Positions 34,414 through 47,855 are shown, counted from the whole stretch's first letter. The stretch is DNA of 63,522 nt, filler included, from Hyphochytrium catenoides (GCA_900088475.1; 15 parts of 15 records of this genome joined end to end with filler, not necessarily neighbours in it), one strand, 5' to 3'. The notes: generated from the sequence alone by a model not told the origin. Numbers and translations: made by a program.

Positions 34414-35115
34414 CGAACCAGAACCCCCACCATACCGAGTATCTCCTTCCATGCAGTAGGACCGCACCTTTGGCAAGTCCATTGAAGGAACACTTAGAAA
34501 ACAATGGGCTGCAGGGGGTAACAGAGCTGGGGAAAAAAATGGAGGACTTTGGGAAACGCATAATTGTGAGACTGAGCTATAGGTGCGGGTCCTCTCGCCG
34601 ACAGCTTTTGAAAATAAATTAGTGGTTACAATTGCGCCTATCAGTGGGACTCGGACGACATCGAGCTGTCGTAGCTGGGAGGTGGTGGTCGCGCCTTTCC
34701 TTGCGAAGGTAGGAACTGCGACGAGGACGGGTTATATGGCGGTGGGGCTTCGGTAGGGGTGAACACAGCAGTAGGAGGAGGGGGAAAGGGNNNNNNNNNN
34801 NNNNNNNNNNNNNNNNNNNNNNNNNNNNNNNNNNTTAATTAATTAANNNNNNNNNNNNNNNNNNNNNNNNNNNNNNNNNNNNNNNNNNNNACTGACAAAG
34901 CTAACCAGAAGGAGACAGACACGCTTGGGTCAAGGGATTGAAGCAATGACCGAGAAATAGGATGCAAGCCCTTCTAAGCAGGAGTTTCATGTATCAGGAG
35001 GATAAGCACTGCGGCGGGAGACTGTTAGGGACAAGGAATAGAGCGAGTTGCACCGCAAAGGTTGAATGAGGGGTAAGAAGGAAAGAGCGAGCGACACAGA
35101 GAGAGAGAGAGAGAG

Positions 35116-35146
<31 letters not shown>

Positions 35147-35171
35147 AAGAAAGAGAAGACCATGATCCTAC

Positions 35172-35453
35172 TTGTGATAGGCAGCTAGGAAGGCATTTGG
35201 GATGACTGGATGCGCATTTTGAACAAATAATGCGTATCCACCTACCATCAGAGCTAGGTAGAAGATCTGTAGGAGGGTCAAAAGGTGGTTAGCCAATCGA
35301 GAGAGACACAGAGCAGCAAGAGAGGAGAGGGGAGGGAGAATCAGAGAAAGAAGCGAGAGATAAAGGGAGATACAGGGATGCGCAGAGAGAGAGATGGAAC
35401 AGGGGGGAGGAAGCAGAAGGGACGGAAAGAAAGAGAAAAAGAGAGAGAGAGAG

Positions 35454-35525
<72 letters not shown>

Positions 35526-36245
35526 AGAGAGAGAGAAGCAGAGGGGACGAAGCAAAGGGAGGGAAAGACAAAGAGGGATAAAGAGAGAGACAAAGAGAGA
35601 GAGATCACAGGAGGAATCAGGAGAGAGAGGGAGAGAGAAAGGAGGGAGATTGAGAGAGAGAGAGAGAGGGAGAACGAGAGAGAGAGAGAGAGCGCGCGGG
35701 CGCGCGCGCGAGAGAGAGAGATGGCCCCGCAACGGTGCCTCGTTACCTGAACGACAGGATTGGGCTCCTCACAGAGGATCCGCTGCAGGGACATCAAGGA
35801 ATCTAACGCACGCTGGCCAAACATCTTCTTTACTGCTCCTCTAACAGAAAAAGAGAACGCAAAGGCAATAGAAGTGACCTTTCTAAAGCTGATATGGCGC
35901 GGCTTTCTCGAAGAGAAGACGGAGGATAGATAAGAGAACGCAGAATTGGCAGCTGGGCACGTTCGCGACAATGCAGAGAAAGAGACTAACTCTATGACGG
36001 TTCAGAGCTGCACGTGGGAAGGGCAGACTTACCTTAGGTATGCTGGTAAGCTTCTCAATAAGAGTCGATTGAGGATGCCCAGGAGGCCATTGCTACGACA
36101 GACGGTGTGAGGGGCCTCGTAAAAGTATCGTACGCCCTTTAGCTTCACCATTGAGACGTTACCTTCGCGGGTCTCCGACGAAGGCGATAAGGCCTAAGCA
36201 GAGCACGAGACCAAGATAAAGAAGAACAATAGCGAAGAAGTCCAT
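35172..36245 (-). CDS. N-terminal part of a Swf1/ZDHHC4-like DHHC palmitoyltransferase (truncated by contig end)
   Basis: Exons MDFFAIVLLYLGLVLCLGLIAFVGDPR | NGLLGILNRLLIEKL | ..ILCEEPNPVVQ | IFYLALMVGGYALFVQNAHPVIPN. The NPxxQxFYL signature is typical of this subfamily; the DHHC motif itself is not in the contig. Confidence 0.65.
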
Positions 36246-37239
36246 GGCGCTCTGAGCACGTTGAGGCTCAACAACTGCTTGTCAGGTTGCCTTCAAACGT
36301 GGCACTCAGCTCCTCACCCGATGATCTACTAACAACACTCATTCAGCGGCGACATCGGCTATGACCTCTACTGAATCTTAATACTGTTGACGGTTTAGAG
36401 TCCCACTCTCCCTTCGGCTCTGCTTAAGTGGCTGGCTGAACAAAGGCTCGTTTCCTATCAAGGCAAAGACTCTGTCTAAGCCTCCGTCCACTCGAGCGTC
36501 GACTCGCTGACATTGATAAAGCTTCGAACCAAGAGTCAGAAACTGGAGAATCAGACAGCTCCAAGACTTCAGATCTTCGCATTGCCGATAAATAGCCGCT
36601 AACGCTAGAAGCATCAGCTCTGCAGTTATTGGGTTGATGCGATTCTTACAGATTTCTGAAGCTTTTGTCAATGAGAAGCTTCAGACATTTTTGTCATCTA
36701 TGTTGGAGCGGTGGAGCTTGTGATGATAGCACACTGTGCCCGTCTCTTCAGTCATGAGGAGCTCATCGTGTGACAGCCGGATGTTATAGGCTTAATAGTG
36801 AAGACACTATATAATCTAGCCGCGGAAAAGGTGCTTCGAATGCCAACACGTCTTCTTGCNNNNNNNNNNNNNNNNNNNNNNNNNNNNNNNNNNNNNNNNN
36901 NNNTTAATTAATTAANNNNNNNNNNNNNNNNNNNNNNNNNNNNNNNNNNNNNNNNNNNNTGCTGCGGCAGGTAAACTTTACGTGATGATCTAGGAAAAAG
37001 CCGCTATTGAAATAAATGAAGTTAAAGGAAGATGTCGTCGTGGCTGCTCCTCAGCAATACAAGCGTTCCGTTTAGCGCGCTGCTTTCCCCTTGTCAACCA
37101 ACAAGCCCCATCTACGTTGAGCTTATCCTTTACATGGAATGGCGTTTGCTGACTACTAGAATGCTAGGGCCACAAGAGGAAGAAGCAATGTTGAGCGCCG
37201 TTGTGGAGAGAGGAATGGAATATTTACGTGTGCGCTGCT

Positions 37240-39300
37240 CGTAGGAGGATGGGCGGTAGAACAGATTCATCAGAGTGATTGTCGAGAGAAGGAGAATCAT
37301 TAGAGGTGGTACTAGGAGAGAGGCAAAAGACATCCCATGGAGAAGATAGAGGTCAATGTCTGGAGGATCAACCATCATAGCATCGCTTGCCTGTCAGGTC
37401 TGCATCCTCTCATGCCTTCATGCGATATATGCAATAAACTGTTGGCTCTTAGTCTGCATGGTCTTGGTGCGGAAATTGCTCCATTGTATGCTCCACGATA
37501 AGTGTGCCTATGGCTAGCTGCCCGAGGAGGATGGAAGCAGTGATCCCAAAGCTAGGAAGCAGGATATTGCTGGGTAACCTAAAGCTTCGATGCCTGATCC
37601 TTATAAATGTGTCGTGAGCGAGACGTAGAGAAAGGAAGATAAGCACAGTGCGAGATGTCTCCCAGCTTGCCAGCGTATCTAGCACTGGTGGGATGAGGGG
37701 TACACCGGTACAGCTTTCAGAGCCCAGGGCAGTGATGCTGGTCCTAAAAAACATAAGGATCGCGTATGACACACAGATGCTATATCTGGCGACGAAACAG
37801 AAAAGACTGTTAGGTACTTAACGGGATACGCACCAGATATTGAAAGGAGGTATAGGAGGAGAGGAAAGGTCAATGGTGGTAGGTCTGGAAAATAACACTA
37901 CGATTGATGGGATGACATGGAGGATGCTTCTTCAGACAAGTAATCATCGAGGGTATGAATCTGCTCTGCGAGTGTGGGAAGATATAGAAAGCGATACGTA
38001 CGGGGAGGACGGGAAGAAGAACCATAAGAGGCTACCTGCCAGGAGAGCTTCCAAGGCTCCACAAAGTCTTTTTTTCCGCTGCTGTCACCTGTCGCTGGAT
38101 CTCTAGAAGTGAATTTTTCCGCTGCGACATTTGATCCTGGCGAGAGCGTCGACCCTCGGCCCAGACGGCTACGCGGCGCCAGACGTCGAAGAGGTCAAGC
38201 ACATCTAACAGCCCCATTTCAATTAGCAGCAAGACCAATGGCGTATCAGAGCGGGAGCTGAAGAGAACCAAAGGACAGAACCATGATGCCTCCCTGATTG
38301 TCGTACAATAGCTGGAGAGAGAAGGGATGTCCTGAAAAAAGGACAAAGAACGAGGGAGGATGTTGTTAATAAGGTCGTAAAGGAAAGCCCGAAGAGGAAG
38401 TGGTAGCCCTAACAACTTCAGCAAGAACTCCAAAGTACCTAGTGCCTGCTATGCCAGGGGATAATATGTGACTAAAAAGCCAAATAATAGAATGAAGAGG
38501 ACAACAACGCCTCTGAGCGGTAACGGAGATGCGGAATATAACAGGGGCCAGCGCCAGGTAAAAGTTCCAACAATACAGAGCCATAGCTCTCCCTGCTTTT
38601 TACCTGATGCCACTGTTCTGCACTACTTCGTGTCGCTTTGAAGAGCTTCGGGGCGTCCAGGAGGCAGAAGGGAAGAGTGTGACGAACCAGTTCGCTCCAT
38701 AGGGGGCAAAGAATGGGGAGCACTATCCACAACGCATTGCCATCTAGATGCCTGAACACTAACCCATACAATATGTTGGTGAGATATCCAAAGAGGACAG
38801 AGAGAACAGAGGAGATGATGAACGGCGTGATCTTCAGCAGCCCTTCTTTCCTATGAGTCTCCATTGCCCGCAGCAGAGTATATGCGAGAGTCACCATAAA
38901 GGCTGTTAAGAAGCTTCCGCTCCGAATCAGCATGATGCTCAGTGTCACGCCTAACTGAAAGAGAATGAGAGCTACCAGAAAGCTACGTCTATAGCGGAGG
39001 ATATTGGAGGCTTGCACGGCGGTGGAGAAGGTGATGAAAAGGACCAAAAGACCCCTTCGTGGCGCTGCTTGGAAGGCCTTTCTGCTAAACGACTTGCAAG
39101 TGCACCTAGGGATGAATGTAGCAGAAATGAATGAAGATCAGAAGAAGAAGGGTGGAAGCCGCTGGAAGGAAGACATCTATGCACTAATTGAGGATCAGGA
39201 GGTACATATAGACCAAAAAAGCAATCAAGAATGGAGTCTTCTTAGAGGACAGACCCTAACCAGGAGAAGCGAAAGAAAGAGTTGACGGGGTGAGAATCGT
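37240..39300 (-). pseudogene. Disrupted multi-pass membrane protein gene of unknown family
   Basis: Successive hydrophobic ORF pieces (38472-39047, 38366-38584, 37449-37772, 37130-37378) in different frames, separated by stops or frameshifts rather than clear introns. Confidence 0.4.
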
Positions 39301-40392
39301 CCTTGAACACATGCACCAAGAAGCACTGAACACCACCGTGGCAATGGGGCTGTTTTAAGGCAGCTGCACGCTCTCTACCCCGCAGCGGGCTTTAGACCAG
39401 AAGAGAGAAGGAGAACAGAGTAATCACGAGGAAAACATGGTGGAGAAAAGGACAAGACGAGGAAGGAAGAAGAAGAAGAAGGAAGGCATCAATTCAAGGA
39501 AGATAATAAACACTTTCAATGCTATATATGGCAAACTTTTCTCGTCCCGATTCCTCTTTCAGGAGCTCACTGCTTTGGCAACTGTTACTTACTCTGAGTG
39601 ACCCTCTTCAACGGCTCGGCAGACTGTTAGCCTGGAAGGCATGTCTCCCGTGCAAATGATAAAGCAGAAGATAACATAGACGGCGCCAGAGACTAAAAAC
39701 GCCCCACAGGCTTTGAGTGACAGGGACCAATGCCCCAGTTGCGGCTTAATCGCTGCGGAAGAAGAGGCAGAAACAGTGGATGAGAGCTGTTCCTGTCCTA
39801 CAACTTTGTTAGGCTGCGCGCTTAGTGACGGAGCCGCTGAGGAAGTCGAGGAGAAGGCTACGGTAGGCGTCGAGAAGGATATAGTAGAGGGGGGCGTGGG
39901 CTTTTCTGGCGCCAATACGAGGGTCTCGCTGGGCGTCAGGCTGCACTCTGACTGCGCAGACCGGCTTCCCATTGTCTCCGTTGACACCTTCCTTCTCTCT
40001 ACGGCAGGAAATAACTTGAGACAGAAGTCATGGGCTAAAGGGCGTCGTTGAAGGTCAAGCATGGGAGGAAGAAGAGTGAAGACTAAGAGCCGCAGCGGAG
40101 CGACGAAGATTGGCCACTAAGATGAACCCACGCACTAGCAAGGAGAAATGATGGAGGACAGGAGGATAATTTGAGTTCCTACCTGCAGGGAAAAGAGCAG
40201 CAGTAGCAGAGCCCAGGGAGGCCAATGAAGTTGCTCTAGAGCCATCCACTCTTCTGTTACTGAGTTCTNNNNNNNNNNNNNNNNNNNNNNNNNNNNNNNN
40301 NNNNNNNNNNNNTTAATTAATTAANNNNNNNNNNNNNNNNNNNNNNNNNNNNNNNNNNNNNNNNNNNNGGAGCTTACACTCTCAGTCCTTCA

Positions 40393-41045
40393 GTGGTCAA
40401 GGACATTGCAAAGTTAACCGCACAAGAACAAGTGAGACGTATTGGTTTGACCAATGGAACCGTCTATTACTCCTCGGACAATGACGATGCACGGGGACAA
40501 AGAAGTGACCCTTCTATTCCAAGACTAGCCGCAGCTACGAGCAAGCAAGAGCCTATCACCCTGTGGCACAAACGATTTAATGATCATCTTAACCACACAG
40601 ATATTCGCAGACTAGCCCTGCAGGCTTCCGGTATAGCCCTTGATAGAGCTTCTCAGCAGCTCTGTCTTTGTGAGACCTGCATTCTTGCGATAGGCCTTAC
40701 CACGCTCAGCCCCGTAAGACAACAAGACTGCTGGAACTTCAGCACGCCGATATTGGCATTGTCAATACTCGTAGCTATCAAGGCTATGTACATCTTCTGC
40801 TCGTGGTGGATGATCACTCTCGGAGATGCTGTGTGCAATTTCTTCGGAGCAAAAAAGGAGAAGCAGAAGCTAAGTTGGAGGAGCTCATTCTTTTCATGGA
40901 GAACCAGACGGGTGAGCGCGTGAAGGAGATACGCTCCGATCGCGGGGGAGAGTTCGTTAGCAGTGCTGCACGCAGAGTGTGCTCTCGCCGCGGCATCCTG
41001 CACTCTCCTACACCTGCTTATTCCCCCTCTAGCAATGGATGGGAT
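40393..41045 (+). mobile_element. Ty1/copia LTR-retrotransposon relic: GAG-pre-integrase and integrase core, frameshifted and truncated
   Basis: LWHKRF.DHLN...CETCILA zinc-finger region, then in another frame VVDDHSRRCCVQFLRSK, VKEIRSDRGGEF and TPAYSPSSNG. The third catalytic residue (the E of NGxAER) is lost. Confidence 0.9.
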
Positions 41046-42303
41046 GATTGGACAATGTCATTAGATGAGGGTGCTCTACTTATAAGCCCAACTGGGGTCC
41101 CATAATCTAGAGCTATTCTGACTATGCCAACTATTCCGAATAAAGTCTAAAATATTCAGTCATAGAGAAATCCCTGTCTGGAACAGTCAGTCTTGAAGGT
41201 ATTCCGGGGTACTGACTATAAGCCATAGATATAAACAGAGACATTTCGTTTGCTTCATATCTCGGCTTCTACTGGGAGTTTAGAGCTGAAACTTGGGTGG
41301 TTAAGCTTGCCAGCTTGTAGTCCACATACCTTTCCCCTCAGACTCCAACAACCTCGTCTGCAGCCAGAAGAGAGGAAGTCCCTAGCACATACAGATAGAT
41401 GACTCACATGGAGTCGAAGGACGCCGGCAGGCTTTGTAGGATGGAAGAGATCAGGATCGTTTCGTAAATATCTTGCTGGTTCTCTTTTCTCCTCTGGAAG
41501 ATGACTTTCAAGGCATCTGTTCGCTGCGTTAGCGTATCATGTGGGACCTCAGGGAACTGTGACCGTCAGGATCAAACCTTGAGTTGTTAATATTCTCTTG
41601 TAGACGCCAGAGAATGTTATCCCCTTCTCTTCCGTCCATCTGCTTCTGCAGTTTATCCACCCCGCTTAGGCTGTTGATTGTCTTCCGATACTTATTCTTC
41701 CTTCAGTTCTTCTTGCTCGTCTCCGTGAACTCCTTACAGGTGAGCGGATCTTTGCCATCGTCCATCAGTGACTGACTGACTCTTATCCTTATGTGGACGA
41801 GGAGGTCTAACTCATCCAGGTTGTTGGAATTTCTAATAGAGCAGCGAGCTCTCTTTATGGGTAGGGTTNNNNNNNNNNNNNNNNNNNNNNNNNNNNNNNN
41901 NNNNNNNNNNNNTTAATTAATTAANNNNNNNNNNNNNNNNNNNNNNNNNNNNNNNNNNNNNNNNNNNNCTCTCTCTTCTTCTCGCTCCTCTTCTCTTCTC
42001 ATCTCTGCTCTGGTGGTACCAAGAAGAAGGGTGGTCCTTTCTGCTGCTGTTTGAGAAGGAAGATAAGCGGAGCAAGGAAAGTGCAAGACAGAGAGAGTGA
42101 TAGCAAGAACACGAGACTGGCCAGCCAAATAAGGAAGCGGCTAAAGGAGAAACGGAGGAACAGGCTAGGAATCAGCGGACCAAATGAAAGAGTTGCTGCC
42201 ATCAAAGCAAACACCCCGGTGAAGGAGAGAGAGAGAGACACACACAGACAGACAGAGAGAGAGAGAGAGAGCAGAGAGAGTGAAGAGAGAGAGAGAGAGA
42301 GAG

Positions 42304-42377
<74 letters not shown>

Positions 42378-42833
42378 AGAAGCACATCACACTAGAAAGG
42401 AGAAATGTCACATCGAAAGGGATCGACTCCCCTCAAAGAGACAGGAAACGGAAGAGAGTGAAGCACATCCGAGAAATCCGTGAGTGAGAGGAAGACAAGT
42501 GATTAAAAGCATTCTCCTAAGGTCGAGACGAAGGATAGTCAGACACACACACAAAGGAAGAAGGAGCAACAAAAAGAGAGAGAGAAAGGGTGACCTCATG
42601 CAGACATGAGAGAAAGAGCGAGCTATATAATAATATAGAGAGAGCTTATGAGAGAAAGTTGTGCCTAAGATGCTGCCCGTTACGTTGTCAAAGGAGGAAG
42701 TTGATAGTGGAGGTGTCTCTCTGCCCTTCTATGAAAACAGACAACAGATTCTCTCCTCACTCTGATGTGTCTGCGTCTCCCTAAGAAGAAATGTAGTCTC
42801 CTCCTCTCTCGAACGAACACCTCGAATAAGTAG

Positions 42834-42883
<50 letters not shown>

Positions 42884-42902
42884 CGCCTGCTGTATGGCAA
42901 GG

Positions 42903-43278
42903 CTAGCTGTCTCCCTTCCTTTTCACTGCGAAGCCTTCTAAGCCTGACTTCCAGATCTTCTCTGTCATGCCATCGGGACAGTAGACGCAATGCACTCCGA
43001 GGCGAGAGACGGTGCGGCAGTTCCCCATTTCATTGTCAAAGAAGATCATATCTTCATAGTCAATGCCTGTCTGACGGTGCAATGACTGGAAATGACGGTC
43101 CTGGAGTAGAAGCAGAGCGGAAGAAGACGTTAAAGAGACATGACAATTGGAGAGAGAAAGGAAGAAGAAAAAGGTGCATCAATGATAGGTCAGCGCAAAG
43201 AGCAATAAGAAGCCAGGACAGATACAAACAGAATCCAAGAGAGAGAAACAAACAGAGACAGAGAGCGGAAAGAGTGTA

Positions 43279-43312
<34 letters not shown>

Positions 43313-43383
43313 GCAACATGAGTATTGAAAAGGAATGCAAAAAGTACGGAAGAAAGGTTCAGTTCATCCTTCTCCTCCATCCC

Positions 43384-43418
<35 letters not shown>

Positions 43419-43776
43419 ACTCTTCTCCCCCTCTCTTTCGCTTTCTCTCTCTCTTATACCTCTTCTCTCTCTCTCTTCCCCTTTGCCTTGGTTGGCGCTT
43501 CTTACCTTGGATTGCTTGGAGATCTCTTCAAAGTCTATCACGTCCTTCATTGTCTTCTCTGGCGTCACTTTGATAATTTCCATACATTCTTGCGCCCAGT
43601 CAGGCTCGTCCGTCTTGGAAGAGATGCCCACGAGAGAGTCTTCCCACTCTTTCTCTCTCTTCAGCTCTCTCAGAATCTCTCTGCTGTTTCCCATCAGCCG
43701 TACCTTCGTCCCACTCCGGTCTATGGCGTCTCCCGTTGCTTTGTCTAGTTGGAAGGGAGAACCTCCCCCGCCCCAC
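42903..43776 (-). CDS. MDP1: Magnesium-dependent phosphatase 1 (HAD subclass IIIC), last two exons
   Basis: Exon 43776-43506 ..GISSKTDEPDWAQECM..FEEISKQSK joins in phase to exon 43100-42903 DRHFQSLHRQTGIDYEDMIFFDNEMGNCRTVSRLGVHCVYCPDGMT..*. The second exon is absent from the ORF track. The N-terminal DxD exon is not seen. Confidence 0.88.
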
Positions 43777-43912
43777 CTGAGAGGTCGAACGGAGAGAGAA
43801 AGAGGAGAGACAGGATGGAAGCGGAAGTCGTCAGGAGAGAGAGACAGGAAGAAGACAGACGTCACAGACGGGGAAAGAGGGAGAGAGAGAGACAAAGGGG
43901 AGAGCGGGAAGT

Positions 43913-43972
<60 letters not shown>

Positions 43973-44897
43973 GAGAGAGAAAGAGAGAGGGAGGGAGAGA
44001 GAAAGAGAGCAAGACGAAATGAGACAGAGAAAAGAAAGAGTGCGAGGGAGAAAGAGAGGGAGAAAGACACATGACACATGATAGTGAGACAACTAAAGAG
44101 GATCAATAAGAGAGGGAAGCCTGCATCAAACAGAAGTCTAGGAACCGTCCACAAGCAGAAGAGACAGAGGAAGGATTAACCAAGGACAGGAAAAGAGTGA
44201 TAAGTAAGAAGAATAAAGATAGGAAGAAGTGGACTAGGGAAAGAGGAGGAGGAACAGCCTTAGAGAGAGAGAGAGAGTGGTTGTTTAAGAAGCGGAGGAA
44301 AATGAGAGAGAGAACCATAGGAGTGAGAGCGCTAAAAAAAAAAGAGATGAGAGTGACAGAGAGAGAGAGAAACGGCTGCTAACAATATAGAGAGAAGGGG
44401 GGGGNNNNNNNNNNNNNNNNNNNNNNNNNNNNNNNNNNNNNNNNNNNNTTAATTAATTAANNNNNNNNNNNNNNNNNNNNNNNNNNNNNNNNNNNNNNNN
44501 NNNNAGAGAGAGAGAGAGAGAGAACGATCCAGTCGGAGAAAACTATTTAGAGCCAAATGCTTCGACAAAATAATAAAGAAAGAGGAAAGAAGAGGGTTAT
44601 TGCTGAGAGTGAGAGATGTGGTGCAAGGCAGAAGCATTATATGGAGGGGAGAGAGAAGAGAAGAAGCTCAGTATTCTAAGTCGCCCTCATCCATAGACAG
44701 GACAAAACCCTCTGTCCCTGTGGCGTTTCCTCTACTCTTATTATCTGTCTCTTCGCTGTAGATGTCACCTACTTCCTCTCTTCTCTCCCTTGCCCTCCCG
44801 CTCACTGTTTCCCTTTCTTTCTCTTCACTCTCTCTCTCTGTCTCTAACTCTCTCTTTCTCTCTCTCCTTAGCTACTGCCTCGCTGCCATCCTCTTAC

Positions 44898-45182
44898 CCT
44901 GGATCTCCCTTGGCTCCGGTGGCTCCCTGATGTCTCAGAATGATGTTCTCTTTGTCCAGCTGCTGGCATCTGCGCTCTGTCAAGTCAATCTGCTGAAGGA
45001 GGAGAGAGTCTGCCCATCCGAAACGTGAGAGATGAGAGAAACAGTATGATTTTAGAGTAATGCGCCATTAAGGAAACAAGTGGAAGAGGTAGAAAATTGC
45101 CGGAGAGAGGAAGGCGAAAAAGAGGGAACAGAAAGAGAGACCGAGAGAGAGAGATGAGAGAGAGAGAGATGTGAGAGAGAAC

Positions 45183-45213
<31 letters not shown>

Positions 45214-45555
45214 AAGAGAGAGAGAAAGAAAGAGAGAGAGAGAGAGAGAGAGATAAAGAGAGAGAGAGGGGGAAGAAAGAGAAAGACTGCACGTGGGAGA
45301 ATGTCTTGTCTTTTATCCTTCCGTCTCCCTCAATGAGTCGATTCTCTATCTCCTACATTATCTCTTTTTCCCTCTCTCACCCTCTCTCCCACGCAGGGTC
45401 TCTTCTTCTCTCTGTCTGTCTTTCCCCTCTCTCTTTCCTTCTGCGTCTTCTTCCTCCACAAAGCTCTTACATTCGGAGATCAGTTCCTCAAAAGGCTCCA
45501 CCTGGAGCTTGTTCCTCCTGTCCAGAGCTTCTGCAACTGCCCGTCTCCAAGTCAT
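44898..45555 (-). CDS. ATG16-like autophagy protein, N-terminal exons
   Basis: Exon 45555-45471 MTWRRAVAEALDRRNKLQVEPFEELISE (WxxxIxxxLxxRN ATG5-binding-helix pattern) splices in phase to coiled-coil exon 45009-44898 YSLLLQQIDLTERRCQQLDKENIILRHQ. Confidence 0.7.
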
Positions 45556-46314
45556 CCTGGGCCCTTTTCCTCTTTAGCTTCCAGCGTTAGCAGACTGGCT
45601 CCTTTCTCGCGAACTCTCTCGCCTGCGTCTGTTTCTCTCTCTCTCTCTTTGCAATCGTTCTTCTTTGCACTTGAGCTGCCTGAGGCCGCTGTGGAGACTT
45701 CTTATGAGCCGGAGGAAAGATCAGATCCCCGCCTCCTCCGGGAAGCCAATGATGGCAAGGATTCGGGACCAGAGGGAGAGGGGACCTGAGCAGCACAGGC
45801 ACCACACGGCGAAAGGTCAACAGGGACAAGGAGAGAGAAGAGCAAGAACAGAGAGGATGGACGCTAGAGAGAGAGAGAGAGAGAGAGAGAGAGANNNNNN
45901 NNNNNNNNNNNNNNNNNNNNNNNNNNNNNNNNNNNNNNNNNNNNNNNNNNGAGAGAGAGAGAGAGTGAGAGAGAGACAGTGAGAGAGAGAGACAGACAGA
46001 GAAGGAGAGAGAACGAAGAAAATCCGGCAGCGGAGCTTCAAAGTATCATCAGAACAAGTGCTGCTGCACAAACTTCCCCAATTCACAGTGTTGCATCCAT
46101 AATCCACACAGGACACTAAACTAACAATGTTATTGACAATCATATTTCGAGCTTTGTGCATGGTCAGTTTCGCTTGTAAATTTACTCCTGCGTTAATATT
46201 AGTGAAATATAGGGCGCAGGATTGTGAAAAAGACCTCAGGGAAGCTTCAACATCCGCCTCGACCGCTCCGCGCTATGCCAGCGAAGCTCCGCGTAAGAAG
46301 ATCTCTTGGCCTTG

Positions 46315-47443
46315 TTAGGCCTTGTTGATCAGCGGGTGAGTCTCTCCCCTAGTGCCGTCCTTCTGGTCTGGCTTCCTGCTGGAGGGCAGGCAGCTCTTCA
46401 CTTTCTCCATGATCCAACCCAAGAGGTTGGCTACGATATCCTTGCCTAAGGTCTTCTCCCTCTTCTGCAGCCTCGACCGCCGCAAGCTGCCAAACTCGTC
46501 AAAGCTTGAGACGATGGTCAGATGGATGGCGATAACTGCTGCAGATATGGAGGCAGTGCAGATCAGCAACATGATCATAATCTGATATAAGGCGGCCTGC
46601 TCGGGAGGATTTCCGCCTAAGATCTGTCCCGTCATCATTCCAGGAATGGAGACCAAGCCGATAACACAAAGCGTATTCAAGGTAGGCATGATGGCTGTCT
46701 GCATGCTCTTCACGAAGACCGGGGAGCAAGCTTCCCAGCGCGTGGCGCCATGCGCGATGTAGAGCTCTATCTTAGCATATCCTTCTGCAAGCTCTGTCAC
46801 AGCGATATTCATGGAGAGTGTGACGCTGTTCAGAGTGTTGCCCAGAATCATGCCGGAGAGAGGGATGAGATACTGAGCCTCCCACCAGGGAGATACCTGA
46901 CCGCGACGAGAGAGAAGAAGAGTTAGAGAAACCTCTGTTTCCTCATCCATCCAAAGATCTTCTGCCTTGAGTATCTCGCTCTCTCTCATGTTCTGTTGCT
47001 ATAGTTATCTCGCTCTCTCGTGTTCTCTGGTCTCTCTTTCTTCTCACTCTTCTCTGTCTCCTCTTCTTGCTCTCTCACTTTTCTCTCGGTAAGCCCTGTC
47101 TTCGTTGCTCCGTTTACCCTTCTCTCTATAAGTCGCCTCTGTTTCGAGGGTGTGGTGGTGGTGCTTCTGTTGAAGTGACCTGCTTCTTCTCACCCACGCC
47201 CTGGCCCTTCATCCATCCTTCATCCCTTTCTCTCGTTCTTACGCAGATTGTCTCTGTCAGTTTCTTCGTCGCTTACTTCTCACCTGAATGATGAGGAGCA
47301 TGGCGTAGATCATCACCGAAGAAGCTGCCGCTGAAAGAGCGGTGAACATGTTGAGGAACATCCCCGGGTAGTCGTACTTGGGCCGATTATATGCTGTCTG
47401 GGTAGCCACAGTCATCATAAACAGAGTGTACCCGATAACCTAG

Positions 47444-47485
<42 letters not shown>

Positions 47486-47855
47486 GAGAACAGAGAAAAG
47501 AGCAGAAAGAGGAAGGAGATGAGTTGAGGAACTAGCATGGTTCTCAACTAGCTTGCGGTGATCTTCCTCTCCGTACTCGACCTCGTTGGACAGAATTCAA
47601 CTCTTCTCTCTAGAGTGACCCCTTTCCAATTCTTAGTGAGATCTTGTCCTCTTCTCTTTCTCTCTCTCTCTCTCTCTTCCGCGCGAGCTTTCTCTTTTCT
47701 CTCTCTACCTCCACAAAGACATTTTTGTGAGTCTCTCGTACTTCCGATATGACCTCTCCCCCTCGTTCCTCACCAAGATAGCCGCATCATTCTCAAAGAT
47801 GGGCTTTAGAATGTACCCTAAGAGCAGCAACTGCACCGTGCTCCGTACAAAGCCC
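46315..47855 (-). CDS. UPF0014 / FetB (YbbM)-ALS3-STAR2 family ABC-type permease, 5' truncated
   Basis: RSTVQLLLLGYILKPIF, PWWEAQYLIPLSGMILGNTLN, IELYIAHGATRWEA and GLVSIPGMMTGQILGGNPPEQAALYQIMIM. Exons ~47855-47774, ~47440-47285 and 46897-46315. Confidence 0.92.
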
